Of a stretch of DNA of 24,000 nucleotides, positions 16,828 to 23,859 are shown in pieces. The position numbers and the translations under genes were made by a program. The notes under the pieces were generated by a model. That model saw nothing but the letters and a program-made list of their open reading frames with translations. It did not search any database and was not told where the DNA came from. Every line of letters begins with the position of its first letter. Positions within the stretch are counted from its first letter, which is position 1. This DNA comes from Actinomycetota bacterium. GTDB lineage: Bacteria > Actinomycetota > Thermoleophilia > Miltoncostaeales > Miltoncostaeaceae. The DNA is taken from NCBI GenBank assembly GCA_020636905.1, contig JACJWX010000006.1:22651-46650 (forward strand), in the 5' to 3' direction.

Positions 16828-17192
16828 CCGCCTGGGTCTGGGTGTTGGTCGCGGTCTGCGGCGCCGCCGGCGCGGTCGGGCGCTTCGCGGTTGCGCAGGC
16901 GCTCGCCGCGCGCACCTCGGCCACCTTTCCGCTCGGCACGTTCGTCGTCAACTCCGTCGGGGCCTTCCTCGCGGGGAGCGCCGCCGGCGCACATCTGGAC
17001 GGGGCGGTCCGCGTCGTGCTGGTGGGCGGCTTCCTGGGCGCCTTCACCACATTCTCCACCTGGATGGTCGAGGCGCATCGCGTCGGGCACGCCCATCACC
17101 GGCGGGCCACGGTCGTCTACGTCGGCACCACACTGGTCGTCGGGACCGTCGCCGCCGGGGTGGGGTGGTTTCTGGCGGCCCTTCTCAGCTGA
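16824..17192 (+). CDS. crcB: Fluoride ion channel CrcB/Fluc, subunit 2
   Basis: 122 aa with the signature GGFLGAFTTFSTW. ATG 16824 forms an ATGA overlap with the first crcB stop. Tandem crcB pairs are the usual heterodimer arrangement. Confidence 0.9.
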   Translation: MTAWVWVLVAVCGAAGAVGRFAVAQALAARTSATFPLGTFVVNSVGAFLAGSAAGAHLDGAVRVVLVGGFLGAFTTFSTWMVEAHRVGHAHHRRATVVYVGTTLVVGTVAAGVGWFLAALLS

Positions 17193-17277
17193 CGAACCAG
17201 GCGCCCGCCGTGCCTGCGATCTGCGCACCCCCACCCCAGGGTAATCACCCATACATCCCCGCCTGGCGATGTCGATC

Positions 17278-17360
17278 ATCACTCTTTTGGGGGATAGACA
17301 TGCTGTTTTTGGCGATTGAGGATTCCTTCCGGCGGAGAGGATCACTCATTAAGGGGATAC
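17278..17360 (+). repeat. Two copies of an imperfect 20-bp direct repeat (16/20 identical), 63 bp apart, in the AT-richer leader of the DUF11 gene
   Basis: Copy 1 is atcactcttttgggggatag (17278-17297) and copy 2 is atcactcattaaggggatac (17341-17360). Each ends in a GGGGA Shine-Dalgarno-like element followed by a start codon (ATG 17300, GTG 17364). Confidence 0.5.
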
Positions 17361-17363
17361 GAA

Positions 17364-18365
17364 GTGCCACAAACGGGCATTTCACGGGCCTTCTCGTGTT
17401 TGGCGGCCGCATTGACGCTCATGCTGGCCCTGGCCGGTGGTGCCCTGGCGGGCGGGACACCGGAACCGAAGACGGGATTGACCGATATCGCCGTTTCCAA
17501 GACGTCCGACCAGAACCGGGTGCCCGCGGGCACGCCCGTCCGCTGGACGGTCGCGGTGTCCAACACCGGTGATCTCCCGGTGGACCCCTCGAGCATCGTC
17601 GTGAGTGATCCCGGTGTCGAGCTGACACCGCCCGCCAAGCTTCCCGCGTCGCTGGCCCCCGGAGAATCCCTGGTCTGGTCGGGCACGTCGCAGACCACCG
17701 AGGCCGACTGCCCCACGCTGCGCAACACGGTCGAGGTCTGGCTCACCGAAGCGGTTGCGCCCACCAAGGGGAAGACCTCCTCGAAGCAACCGCCCGAGGT
17801 CGTCCGCGTTCCGGACGCCCGACCCGAGAACGACCGGAGCTCCGCGGAGGTCGGCGTCGTCTGCGTACCCCCTCCAGTGGTCACTCCGCCGCCCGCGGCG
17901 CCGTCGAGCACCGAGCCGGGAACCACGGTGACGATCGTCTCCGAGACACCTCCGACGGTGGTGGCTCTGTGCCCGCGTCCCCTCGCCCACATCGGGATGG
18001 TCGCGCCACGTCGCTGGCGCCAGGGTCGTCCGCTGCGCGTGGCGATCGCCGTCCACAACCGATCCCGCACGGTGACCGCGGAGCGGGTCGTCGCGCGATA
18101 CCGGATTCCCCGCGGCTTCGCAGTGATCCGCCGCCCGCGGCGGGTCGGGGTGCAGCATGGCGTGGTCGTGATCCCGCGGACGCACATCGCGCCTCGCCAG
18201 TCGTCGGTCGTCTGGCTCACGCTGCGTCCGGTTCGACCCACCGGTCGGCGGACGGTGCACCGCGCGTCGGTCAAGGCTCACTGCGACTCGTCGCGCTCCG
18301 CCGGAACGATCACCACGCTCCAGCGATCCCGACCGCGTCCGGCCGCCCCTCGCGTCACCGGCTGA
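17364..18365 (+). CDS. Secreted protein with two DUF11-type (conserved repeat domain) beta-sandwich modules joined by a Pro-rich linker
   Basis: GTG 17364 lies 7 nt after aagggga. Signal peptide: ISRAFSCLAAALTLMLALAGGALAGG. Module 1: DIAVSKTSDQNRVPAGTPVRWTVAVSNTGDLPV. Linker: PPPVVTPPPAAPSS. Module 2: RPLRVAIAVHNRSRTVTAERVVARYRIPRGF. GC3 favours this frame over the overlapping ones. Confidence 0.75.
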   Translation: MPQTGISRAFSCLAAALTLMLALAGGALAGGTPEPKTGLTDIAVSKTSDQNRVPAGTPVRWTVAVSNTGDLPVDPSSIVVSDPGVELTPPAKLPASLAPGESLVWSGTSQTTEADCPTLRNTVEVWLTEAVAPTKGKTSSKQPPEVVRVPDARPENDRSSAEVGVVCVPPPVVTPPPAAPSSTEPGTTVTIVSETPPTVVALCPRPLAHIGMVAPRRWRQGRPLRVAIAVHNRSRTVTAERVVARYRIPRGFAVIRRPRRVGVQHGVVVIPRTHIAPRQSSVVWLTLRPVRPTGRRTVHRASVKAHCDSSRSAGTITTLQRSRPRPAAPRVTG

Positions 18366-18385
18366 GGCGACGCGCTCGGTACGGC

Positions 18386-18787
18386 TCAGTCGAGCGGGTT
18401 CCGCCTGGCCGCCTCGCGCCGGCGTCGGTCGCGTTTCGTGGGGCGCCCGCCGCGTTCCACCGCTCCTGGCGGGGGCGCCATCCGTCGGAGCTCCGACGCG
18501 GCCTCACGCCGTTCGCGGCTCTCGACGGATTCCTCGTAGAGCAGTTGCGCTGCGGCCGCGGATCCGCGCCGATCGCTGAGCCCCCGGACGGCCACTTCCC
18601 AGGTCGCCTGTCCGATCGTGACGTGCACGAGGTCACCCACCCGAACGTCCTTGGACGGCTTCGCGCGCGCGCCGTTCACCTCCACGCGACCCGCCGAGAC
18701 GAGCTCGGTGGCGAGCGACCGGGTCTTGGTGAACCTGGCCGCCCACAGCCACTTGTCGATCCGGACCCGTTCGGCGTCCACACCCAT
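18386..18787 (-). CDS. hslR: S4-domain RNA-binding protein, ribosome-associated heat-shock protein Hsp15-like
   Basis: Starting from ATG 18787 the protein is 133 aa. MGVDAERVRIDKWLWAARFTKTRSLATELVSAGRVEVNGARAKPSKDVRVGD parallels the Hsp15 N-terminus (RLDKWLWAARF.KTR...G.V..NG...KPSK). Basic C-terminal tail. Confidence 0.8.
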   Translation of the reverse strand: MGVDAERVRIDKWLWAARFTKTRSLATELVSAGRVEVNGARAKPSKDVRVGDLVHVTIGQATWEVAVRGLSDRRGSAAAAQLLYEESVESRERREAASELRRMAPPPGAVERGGRPTKRDRRRREAARRNPLD

Positions 18788-18945
18788 GGTCCGGCATTGT
18801 GCCAGCGGCGCGGAGATCCCGTCCGATCGAGACGTCTCGGGCACGGCAACGCGCGCCGAACGTCCCGTCCGGGACTCGGGCATCTGGCATCGGGGGCGAC
18901 CGGCGCGGGGGCGCGCCGGCGGATGGGGGTGTGAAGTGGGGGTCG

Positions 18946-18968
18946 AGCGGGCGCGGGGGCTGCGCCCG
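18946..18968 (-). terminator. GC-rich hairpin just downstream of the recombinase stop
   Basis: 8-bp stem gcgggcgc / gcgcccgc with a 7-nt loop, 9 nt past the stop codon (18977-18979, minus strand). No U-tract. Confidence 0.4.
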
Positions 18969-18976
18969 CGGAACTG

Positions 18977-19585
18977 CTAGAGGCGCCACTCCCGCTGACG
19001 AACCGCCTCGATCACTTCGGCATCGGAGTACTGGCGAAGGTAGCGGCGAGCGCCCCCTCCGGCCGAGACACCCAGATGGGCCTCGATGATGGCGGTGGGG
19101 AATCCTTCGGCGCTCATTTCCGCCGCACACGCGTATCGAAGGCCAAGCGGATGCACCCGCTTGTCGATACCGGCCTTGCGGGCGAGCCGCGGCAGCAGCT
19201 CTCGCACGTAGGCCGCCTTGATCGGCTCACCGGCGAGGGTGCAGAACACCGGGGCGTCCGGTTCGATGCCCATGCGCTCACGCCGCTGGAACCACCGCTG
19301 CAGCAGCTCGACGGTACCGCCGTCGACACCCGCCAGGCGGGGTTCGCCGCCCTTGCGCGCCGGCGCCCGGACCGTGCCCGCTTCGAGATCGAGATCGTCG
19401 ACGCTGAGCTTCAGGGCCTCACCCGGTCGGAGCCCGACCCGGTACATCATCGCGATGAGCGCGCGGTTCCTGAGCCCGGTGGGTGCGCGATTGGACGCAC
19501 ACTTGATGAGCGCCCGAGCCTCTTCGGTGCTCAGGAGATCTTCCGGCGGTCGCTCCTGTGTGGACGTCGACTCCGGACTCAACAT
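18977..19585 (-). CDS. Small tyrosine recombinase/integrase (catalytic domain only, about 202 aa)
   Basis: Motifs: LSTEEARALI....RNRALIAMMYRVGLRPGEALKLSVDDLDL (Arg I), ARKGGEPR (Lys), VHPLGLRYACAAEM (Arg II), GGARRYLRQY (Tyr). The start is set at ATG 19585. Upstream in-frame starts extend to 19654, but that would leave only 23-100 nt to the divergent gene. Confidence 0.8.
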   Translation of the reverse strand: MLSPESTSTQERPPEDLLSTEEARALIKCASNRAPTGLRNRALIAMMYRVGLRPGEALKLSVDDLDLEAGTVRAPARKGGEPRLAGVDGGTVELLQRWFQRRERMGIEPDAPVFCTLAGEPIKAAYVRELLPRLARKAGIDKRVHPLGLRYACAAEMSAEGFPTAIIEAHLGVSAGGGARRYLRQYSDAEVIEAVRQREWRL

Positions 19586-19755
19586 GTGATTCGGAATGAT
19601 GACCTGCCTCCCGGTAAGTTGCCGCCTCATCCAGAGGCGCTGTAGACCGACCATCCCAACCCGGTCTCCAATAACGAGTGTATTCGATCGTCACGACGAG
19701 AGTCTTCTTCAGTGGCGGACTCGATGGATGGTGCATCCCATTTCGCCACATCGAC

Positions 19756-20574
19756 ATGCGAATACCCCTGGGAGACGTCGTGGCGCACCTGGAAGTTTCA
19801 AATGAGCGGATCGTGCTCGTTCCCCCGCTGCTCGACGTCGCCCGGTGCGTCGTCAAGGACTGTGTCGTCGACCCGGCCGGAGACGCCGCGAGACCCAACG
19901 ATCCCGAATGTGAGTCGTTCCGGAGCTTCTGCACGGGTGTCGAGGTGCTCGATCGAATCGGCTGGCCATGGAGTAACCGCCATGTGGCCGTGCCCACACC
20001 CACGGACCTCGCGGTCATCCGCTTCGCCGCCTTCGCGGCGCTGGGCGCCGCGGCCGAGGCGATGGAAGCTGCGGCGACCGCCACCGCGGCGGGTGCCGAA
20101 TGGGATGCGGACGAAGCCCGCTTCGAAATGGAATCCTGCGTGGGTCTGCTCGACCGGATCGGCTGGGTGCCCGGGGGCGCGCGCCGTCGGTCCGCACGAC
20201 GCACCCGGATTCGCGTGCGCGTGCCCGACGCCCGGAATGCGCCGACCTGGTGGGTCGATCCGGAGGGCGTGGTCCGCAGGCGCAACGAATCCGCGGCGCG
20301 CTACCGCGGCGGCGGGCCGGGGCATCACATCGCCACCCTTGCCGATCCCGAGGATCGACTTCGGCTGGCCGAGCGGTTCGCGTCGGTCGCTGCCGAACAG
20401 CGTCCCGGCGACCTCCCGGTCCGGCTCGCGAGCGCCCACGGCGTCGTGACGCTGCGCTGCCACGCGACACCCTCGTTCGGGCTCTCCGGACGATTGACCG
20501 GCTACACCGTGGCGGCTCATGCCGAGGACGGGTCGAGCCTCGTGGAGCGTCCATCATTGCGCCGCGTGCGCTAG
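19756..20574 (+). CDS. Hypothetical protein: N-terminal internally repeated region (C-x-G-x-LDRIGW twice) plus PAS-like C-terminal region
   Basis: This frame has the high GC3 and a plausible amino-acid composition; the four overlapping ORFs are Arg/Pro-rich shadows. The start is ATG 19756 or GTG 19678. The PAS-like pattern is TWWVDPEGVVRRRNESAARYRG......LADPEDRLRLAERF......VRLASAHGVVTLRCHATP....GRLTGYTVAAHAED. I recognise no family. Confidence 0.6.
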   Translation: MRIPLGDVVAHLEVSNERIVLVPPLLDVARCVVKDCVVDPAGDAARPNDPECESFRSFCTGVEVLDRIGWPWSNRHVAVPTPTDLAVIRFAAFAALGAAAEAMEAAATATAAGAEWDADEARFEMESCVGLLDRIGWVPGGARRRSARRTRIRVRVPDARNAPTWWVDPEGVVRRRNESAARYRGGGPGHHIATLADPEDRLRLAERFASVAAEQRPGDLPVRLASAHGVVTLRCHATPSFGLSGRLTGYTVAAHAEDGSSLVERPSLRRVR

Positions 20575-20587
20575 GCTCACCGGGCTT

Positions 20588-20750
20588 CGGAACGTGGTTG
20601 CCCCAGGGCATTCAGGGAAGCCGGTGAGAGTCCGGCGCGGTCCCGCCACTGTAACCGTGAGTGCCCCGCAGACCTCCGGGTCAGCCACTGGACGCGAGTT
20701 TGGGAAGGCGCGACGGCACGTTGACCGGGAGCCAGGAGACCTGCCACCGA
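20588..20750 (+). promoter_or_regulatory. Cobalamin (AdoCbl-type) riboswitch
   Basis: Conserved core ttcAGGGAAGCCGGTGAGAGTCCGGCGCGGTCCCGCCACTGTaacc (B12 box GCCACTG at 20645-20651). Downstream are gtcaGCCACTGG...GGGAAGGCG and the typical 3' element GAGCCAGGAGACCTGCC (20729-20745). It ends about 30 nt upstream of the first gene of a transporter operon. Boundaries are approximate. Confidence 0.9.
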
Positions 20751-20780
20751 CCGAGCACCCGATGAACCTCCGAGGACGAG

Positions 20781-21656
20781 GTGGCGGTGCACAATCGACG
20801 GCGTGTCCGTGTGGCTCTGGCATTGCTGGTTGCCGCCATGGTGCTCGCCGGCACCGGATGCGAGCGTCGCTCGGCTCGTTCCGTTTCGGCCCCGGCAGCC
20901 GCCGCCACGCTGCTCGTGACCTCGGACCTCGGCGCGTCCGTCCAGTATCGAGGCTCCGCCGCGGCGGGCGGCTCGGTGCTCGATGCGCTGCGGGCGGCGA
21001 CCGACGTCCGCACCGCGTACGGCGGCGGATTCGTCTCGGAGATGTTCGGTCTCCGCTCCGATCCCGGAGGCCGGCGCGACTGGATCTACTGGGTCAACGG
21101 GCGCCTCGCCGAGCGGGGTGCCCGCGACGTCCGGGTGGGCGCCGGGGATCACGTGTGGTGGGACTACCAGCGGTGGTCGCCCGATCGGGAGCTGCGGGCC
21201 GTCGTCGGTGCCTGGCCCGCGCCGTTCGCCACGGTCGCGACGGTCGCCGCTGATCCGCCGATCGCCGGCTGGCTTCGCGCTCGTGGAGCAAGAGTCGCCG
21301 CCGCGGCCGCCTGGCGGGTGCGGGTTGGCGGGGAACGCAGGCTTCGCCGCGATGATCCGGAATGGGCTCGCGCCAACGACGCGGGAGATCTTCCGGCGAG
21401 CATCAACGACGGCGTGGTGCGGCGACTGGGGGCCGACGGCGCGTCCATGGTGGCGGTACCGGACGGAGCGGCCGTGGCGGTCGCGCTCCCCGGGCCGCGC
21501 GACGGCGTCACGCTCGTGATCGTCGGCCGGGACGTCGCCGCCGCCAGGCGTGCGGCGACCACCGTCACGACCGATGAGGATGCCCTCGCCGGACACGTCG
21601 CGGTGGTGTTCGACGCCGATGGCGCGGCCATCGCCGTTGCGGGAGAGGGCTCGTGA
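20781..21656 (+). CDS. Probable lipoprotein with DUF4430 (transcobalamin/intrinsic-factor beta-domain-like) module
   Basis: GTG 20781 follows gaggacgag. Signal peptide plus lipobox-like VLAGTGC. DUF4430-like pattern: GGSVLDALRAAT.V.T.YGGGFVSEMFGLRSD...RRDWIYWVNG......GARDVRVGAGDHVWWDY. The C-terminal roughly 165 aa are unassigned. Confidence 0.75.
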   Translation: MAVHNRRRVRVALALLVAAMVLAGTGCERRSARSVSAPAAAATLLVTSDLGASVQYRGSAAAGGSVLDALRAATDVRTAYGGGFVSEMFGLRSDPGGRRDWIYWVNGRLAERGARDVRVGAGDHVWWDYQRWSPDRELRAVVGAWPAPFATVATVAADPPIAGWLRARGARVAAAAAWRVRVGGERRLRRDDPEWARANDAGDLPASINDGVVRRLGADGASMVAVPDGAAVAVALPGPRDGVTLVIVGRDVAAARRAATTVTTDEDALAGHVAVVFDADGAAIAVAGEGS

Positions 21657-22507
21657 CCGGCCGCGCGCCGTCGGCGGTCGCACTCGTCGTCGTCGCGGCG
21701 GTGGTCGCCGCGTTCTCGAGCGGGCACCCGCTGGTACTCGCCGCGATCGCGGCCGGCGCGGTCGCCATCGCCTGGACCGCACCCAACCGGCCGGGCAGGT
21801 GGATCTTCACGGCGGCGCTGGTTTCGGGGGCGGGCGTGCTCGTGCTCACCCCGCTCGTGGCCGCCCAGGGAGACCTGATCCTCCTCCAGGGCCCGTCCAT
21901 ACCGCTCCTCGACACCGAGATCACCGCCGAGGAACTGATCGCGGGCGGAATCAGCGCGCTGCGGCTGGTCGCCGTCACGCTGCTGATCTCGGGTGCACTC
22001 GGCCACATGGACACGGATCGCCTCCAGGCCGCCGTGGCCCGGATCGCGCCGCGATCTGCGCTGACGGTGGCCCTCTCGGTTCGCCTGCTGCCCGCCCTGG
22101 AACGCGACGCGCGGGCCATGTCGGAGACGGCGCGCCTGAGGGGCGTCGGCGTCGGGTCCGGCTCCTGGATGGAACGCACCCGGGCGGGCGCGCAGCTCGT
22201 GACCCCGCTGGTGGGGTCGAGCCTCGAACGGGGCATGGACGTCGCCGAGGCGATGGCGGCGCGGGGCTACGGCGGTGGGACGCCCACTCGGCCGCGCCGG
22301 ATCGCCCTGTCGCCGTCCGAACGCGCACTGGTCGCCATCGGCACCGCCGCTGCCGCGCTCACGCTCGTGATGGTGGTGACCGGTTCCCCGGCCTACGAGG
22401 TCTACCCCGTCGCCGGCTCGCCGCTGACCGCGGGCACGGCGCTCGTCACGGGGGCCTGGGCGGCACTCATGGCCACGGCCACGGCCGCGCTGAAGTGGCG
22501 TCGATGA
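21653..22507 (+). CDS. ECF transporter transmembrane (T) component, CbiQ/EcfT family
   Basis: 284 aa, multi-TM, with the conserved cytoplasmic coupling region ALERDARAMSETARLRGVG .... LERGMDVAEAMAARGYG. GTGA overlap at the start and ATGA overlap at the stop. Confidence 0.82.
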   Translation: MTGRAPSAVALVVVAAVVAAFSSGHPLVLAAIAAGAVAIAWTAPNRPGRWIFTAALVSGAGVLVLTPLVAAQGDLILLQGPSIPLLDTEITAEELIAGGISALRLVAVTLLISGALGHMDTDRLQAAVARIAPRSALTVALSVRLLPALERDARAMSETARLRGVGVGSGSWMERTRAGAQLVTPLVGSSLERGMDVAEAMAARGYGGGTPTRPRRIALSPSERALVAIGTAAAALTLVMVVTGSPAYEVYPVAGSPLTAGTALVTGAWAALMATATAALKWRR

Positions 22508-23859
22508 TCGAGACCGTTGAGCTCGGGGTCCGTCGCGACAGCGCCGGCCGGGGACTGGATCCGATCACGATGCGCGTCGATCGCGGTGAGATCGTCCTGC
22601 TGCGCGGCCCGTCGGGGTCGGGGAAGTCCACGCTGCTGAGCGTCCTCGGCGGGACCTTCCGGCACTTCCACGGGGGGACCGTGCGCGGCCGGGCGCGGGT
22701 TGCGGGCCTGGACGTCCTCTCCGCCGCGTCAGGCGTCGCAGCGGGACACGCCGCCCTCCTCTTTCAGGATCCCGAGGCGCAGGCGGTGATGGCCACCGTG
22801 GGAGCGGACGTGGCGTTCGGTCCGATGCAGCTCGGGTTCGACGCACACACGGTCGAGCGAGTCGTGGCCGGTGCGCTCGATGCCGTGGACGCGCGACACC
22901 TGGCATCCCGGGGCGTCATGAGCCTGTCGTCGGGGGAACGCCAGCGGGCGGCGATCGCCTCGATCCTGGCGATGGCCACACCGGTGCTGTTGCTGGACGA
23001 ACCGGGATCGCAGCTCGATGCCGGCGTGACGGAACGGGTGGCGCAGGTCCTCCGGAACCGTGCGGACGAGCTCGGCACGGCGATCCTCATCGCCGACCAC
23101 ACCGAGCGGTTCGCGCACGTGGCGGATCGGGCGCTGTCCATCGGCGACGCGCCGCTGCCGGCCATGCCCGGGGGCGCGCGGACGGTCCGCTCGGCGCGTG
23201 TGCTGCAGATCTCGGGGATGGACGCCCACCGCGGCGACCGGCGGATCCTGAACGATGTTCACCTCGCGGTTCACGCCGGCGAGGTCGTGGCCGTGGTGGG
23301 CGACAACGGCGCCGGGAAGAGCACCCTGCTGCGGGCCATCGCCGGACTGGAAGCGACGGGCGGCGGCCGGGTGGCCGTGTCGGGCGAGGATGTCAGCGAC
23401 CTCCCGGCGGAGCGGCGGGTGCCGGCCCTCGCCATGGTTCCCCAGGACGCGGGCCGGTATCTCATCACCGAGTCCGTCGCCGATGAGATCGACTTCGGGC
23501 TGCGCTCGCTCGGCCGGTCGGTGGACGAACGCCTCCCGCGTCGGACGTCCGCGCTCCGGGCCCTCGGCGTCGAGCACCTGGCGGGTCGACATCCGCGGGA
23601 CCTCTCCGGAGGGGAACGCGAGCGAGTGGCGATCGCCGCCGCGATCGCCCGGTCCCCGGAGGTGCTGCTGCTGGACGAACCCACACGCGGGATGGGGCGC
23701 GCCGCCCGCGATCATCTCCTCGCGGCCCTGAGCGACTTCCTTGCACGCGGGACCTCGATCCTCGTGGCGACGCATGACGAGGAGTTGATCGGCTTTGCCG
23801 ACCGGATCGTTCGGGTGGAAGACGGTCGCGTGATCTCGGTCGCCGAGGTCGCGGCGTGA
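22504..23859 (+). CDS. Fused duplicated ECF/ABC ATPase (EcfA-EcfA', CbiO-like)
   Basis: Only the last 451 codons of ORF 21550..23859 look real (start MIETVELGV). Domain 1: GPSGSGKST, LSSGERQRAAIA, LLLDEP. Domain 2: GDNGAGKST, LSGGERERVAIA, LLLDEP. Confidence 0.9.
   Translation: MIETVELGVRRDSAGRGLDPITMRVDRGEIVLLRGPSGSGKSTLLSVLGGTFRHFHGGTVRGRARVAGLDVLSAASGVAAGHAALLFQDPEAQAVMATVGADVAFGPMQLGFDAHTVERVVAGALDAVDARHLASRGVMSLSSGERQRAAIASILAMATPVLLLDEPGSQLDAGVTERVAQVLRNRADELGTAILIADHTERFAHVADRALSIGDAPLPAMPGGARTVRSARVLQISGMDAHRGDRRILNDVHLAVHAGEVVAVVGDNGAGKSTLLRAIAGLEATGGGRVAVSGEDVSDLPAERRVPALAMVPQDAGRYLITESVADEIDFGLRSLGRSVDERLPRRTSALRALGVEHLAGRHPRDLSGGERERVAIAAAIARSPEVLLLDEPTRGMGRAARDHLLAALSDFLARGTSILVATHDEELIGFADRIVRVEDGRVISVAEVAA

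Noticed and set aside
17300-17572. The 91-codon ORF starting at ATG 17300 (MLFLAIEDSF...) as a protein-coding gene
   Set aside because: Its GC3 is lower than that of the overlapping DUF11 frame, and its sequence becomes Arg/Gly-rich shadow once inside the DUF11 gene. It is kept only as a possible regulatory upstream ORF (see findings).
13014-20574. A tRNA-anchored genomic island running from the tRNA cluster to the recombinase
   Set aside because: The recombinase is more than 5.6 kb from the tRNAs. I could find no copy of the tRNA-Thr or tRNA-Met 3' ends near 18900-20600. The intervening genes (antiporter, crcB pair, hslR-like) look like housekeeping genes with native composition. Only two short stretches (17220-17360 and 19590-19800) are lower in GC, and both are intergenic leaders.
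20577-21782. The 401-aa minus-strand ORF covering the riboswitch and the DUF4430 gene
   Set aside because: It is an Arg/Pro/Gly-rich antisense shadow. The region is explained by a canonical cobalamin riboswitch and the plus-strand operon.
21550-22503. The first 318 codons of ORF 21550..23859 as part of the ATPase
   Set aside because: This is an Arg/Gly/Pro-rich shadow overlapping the DUF4430 and EcfT genes. The ABC domain starts right after ATG 22504, which overlaps the EcfT stop.
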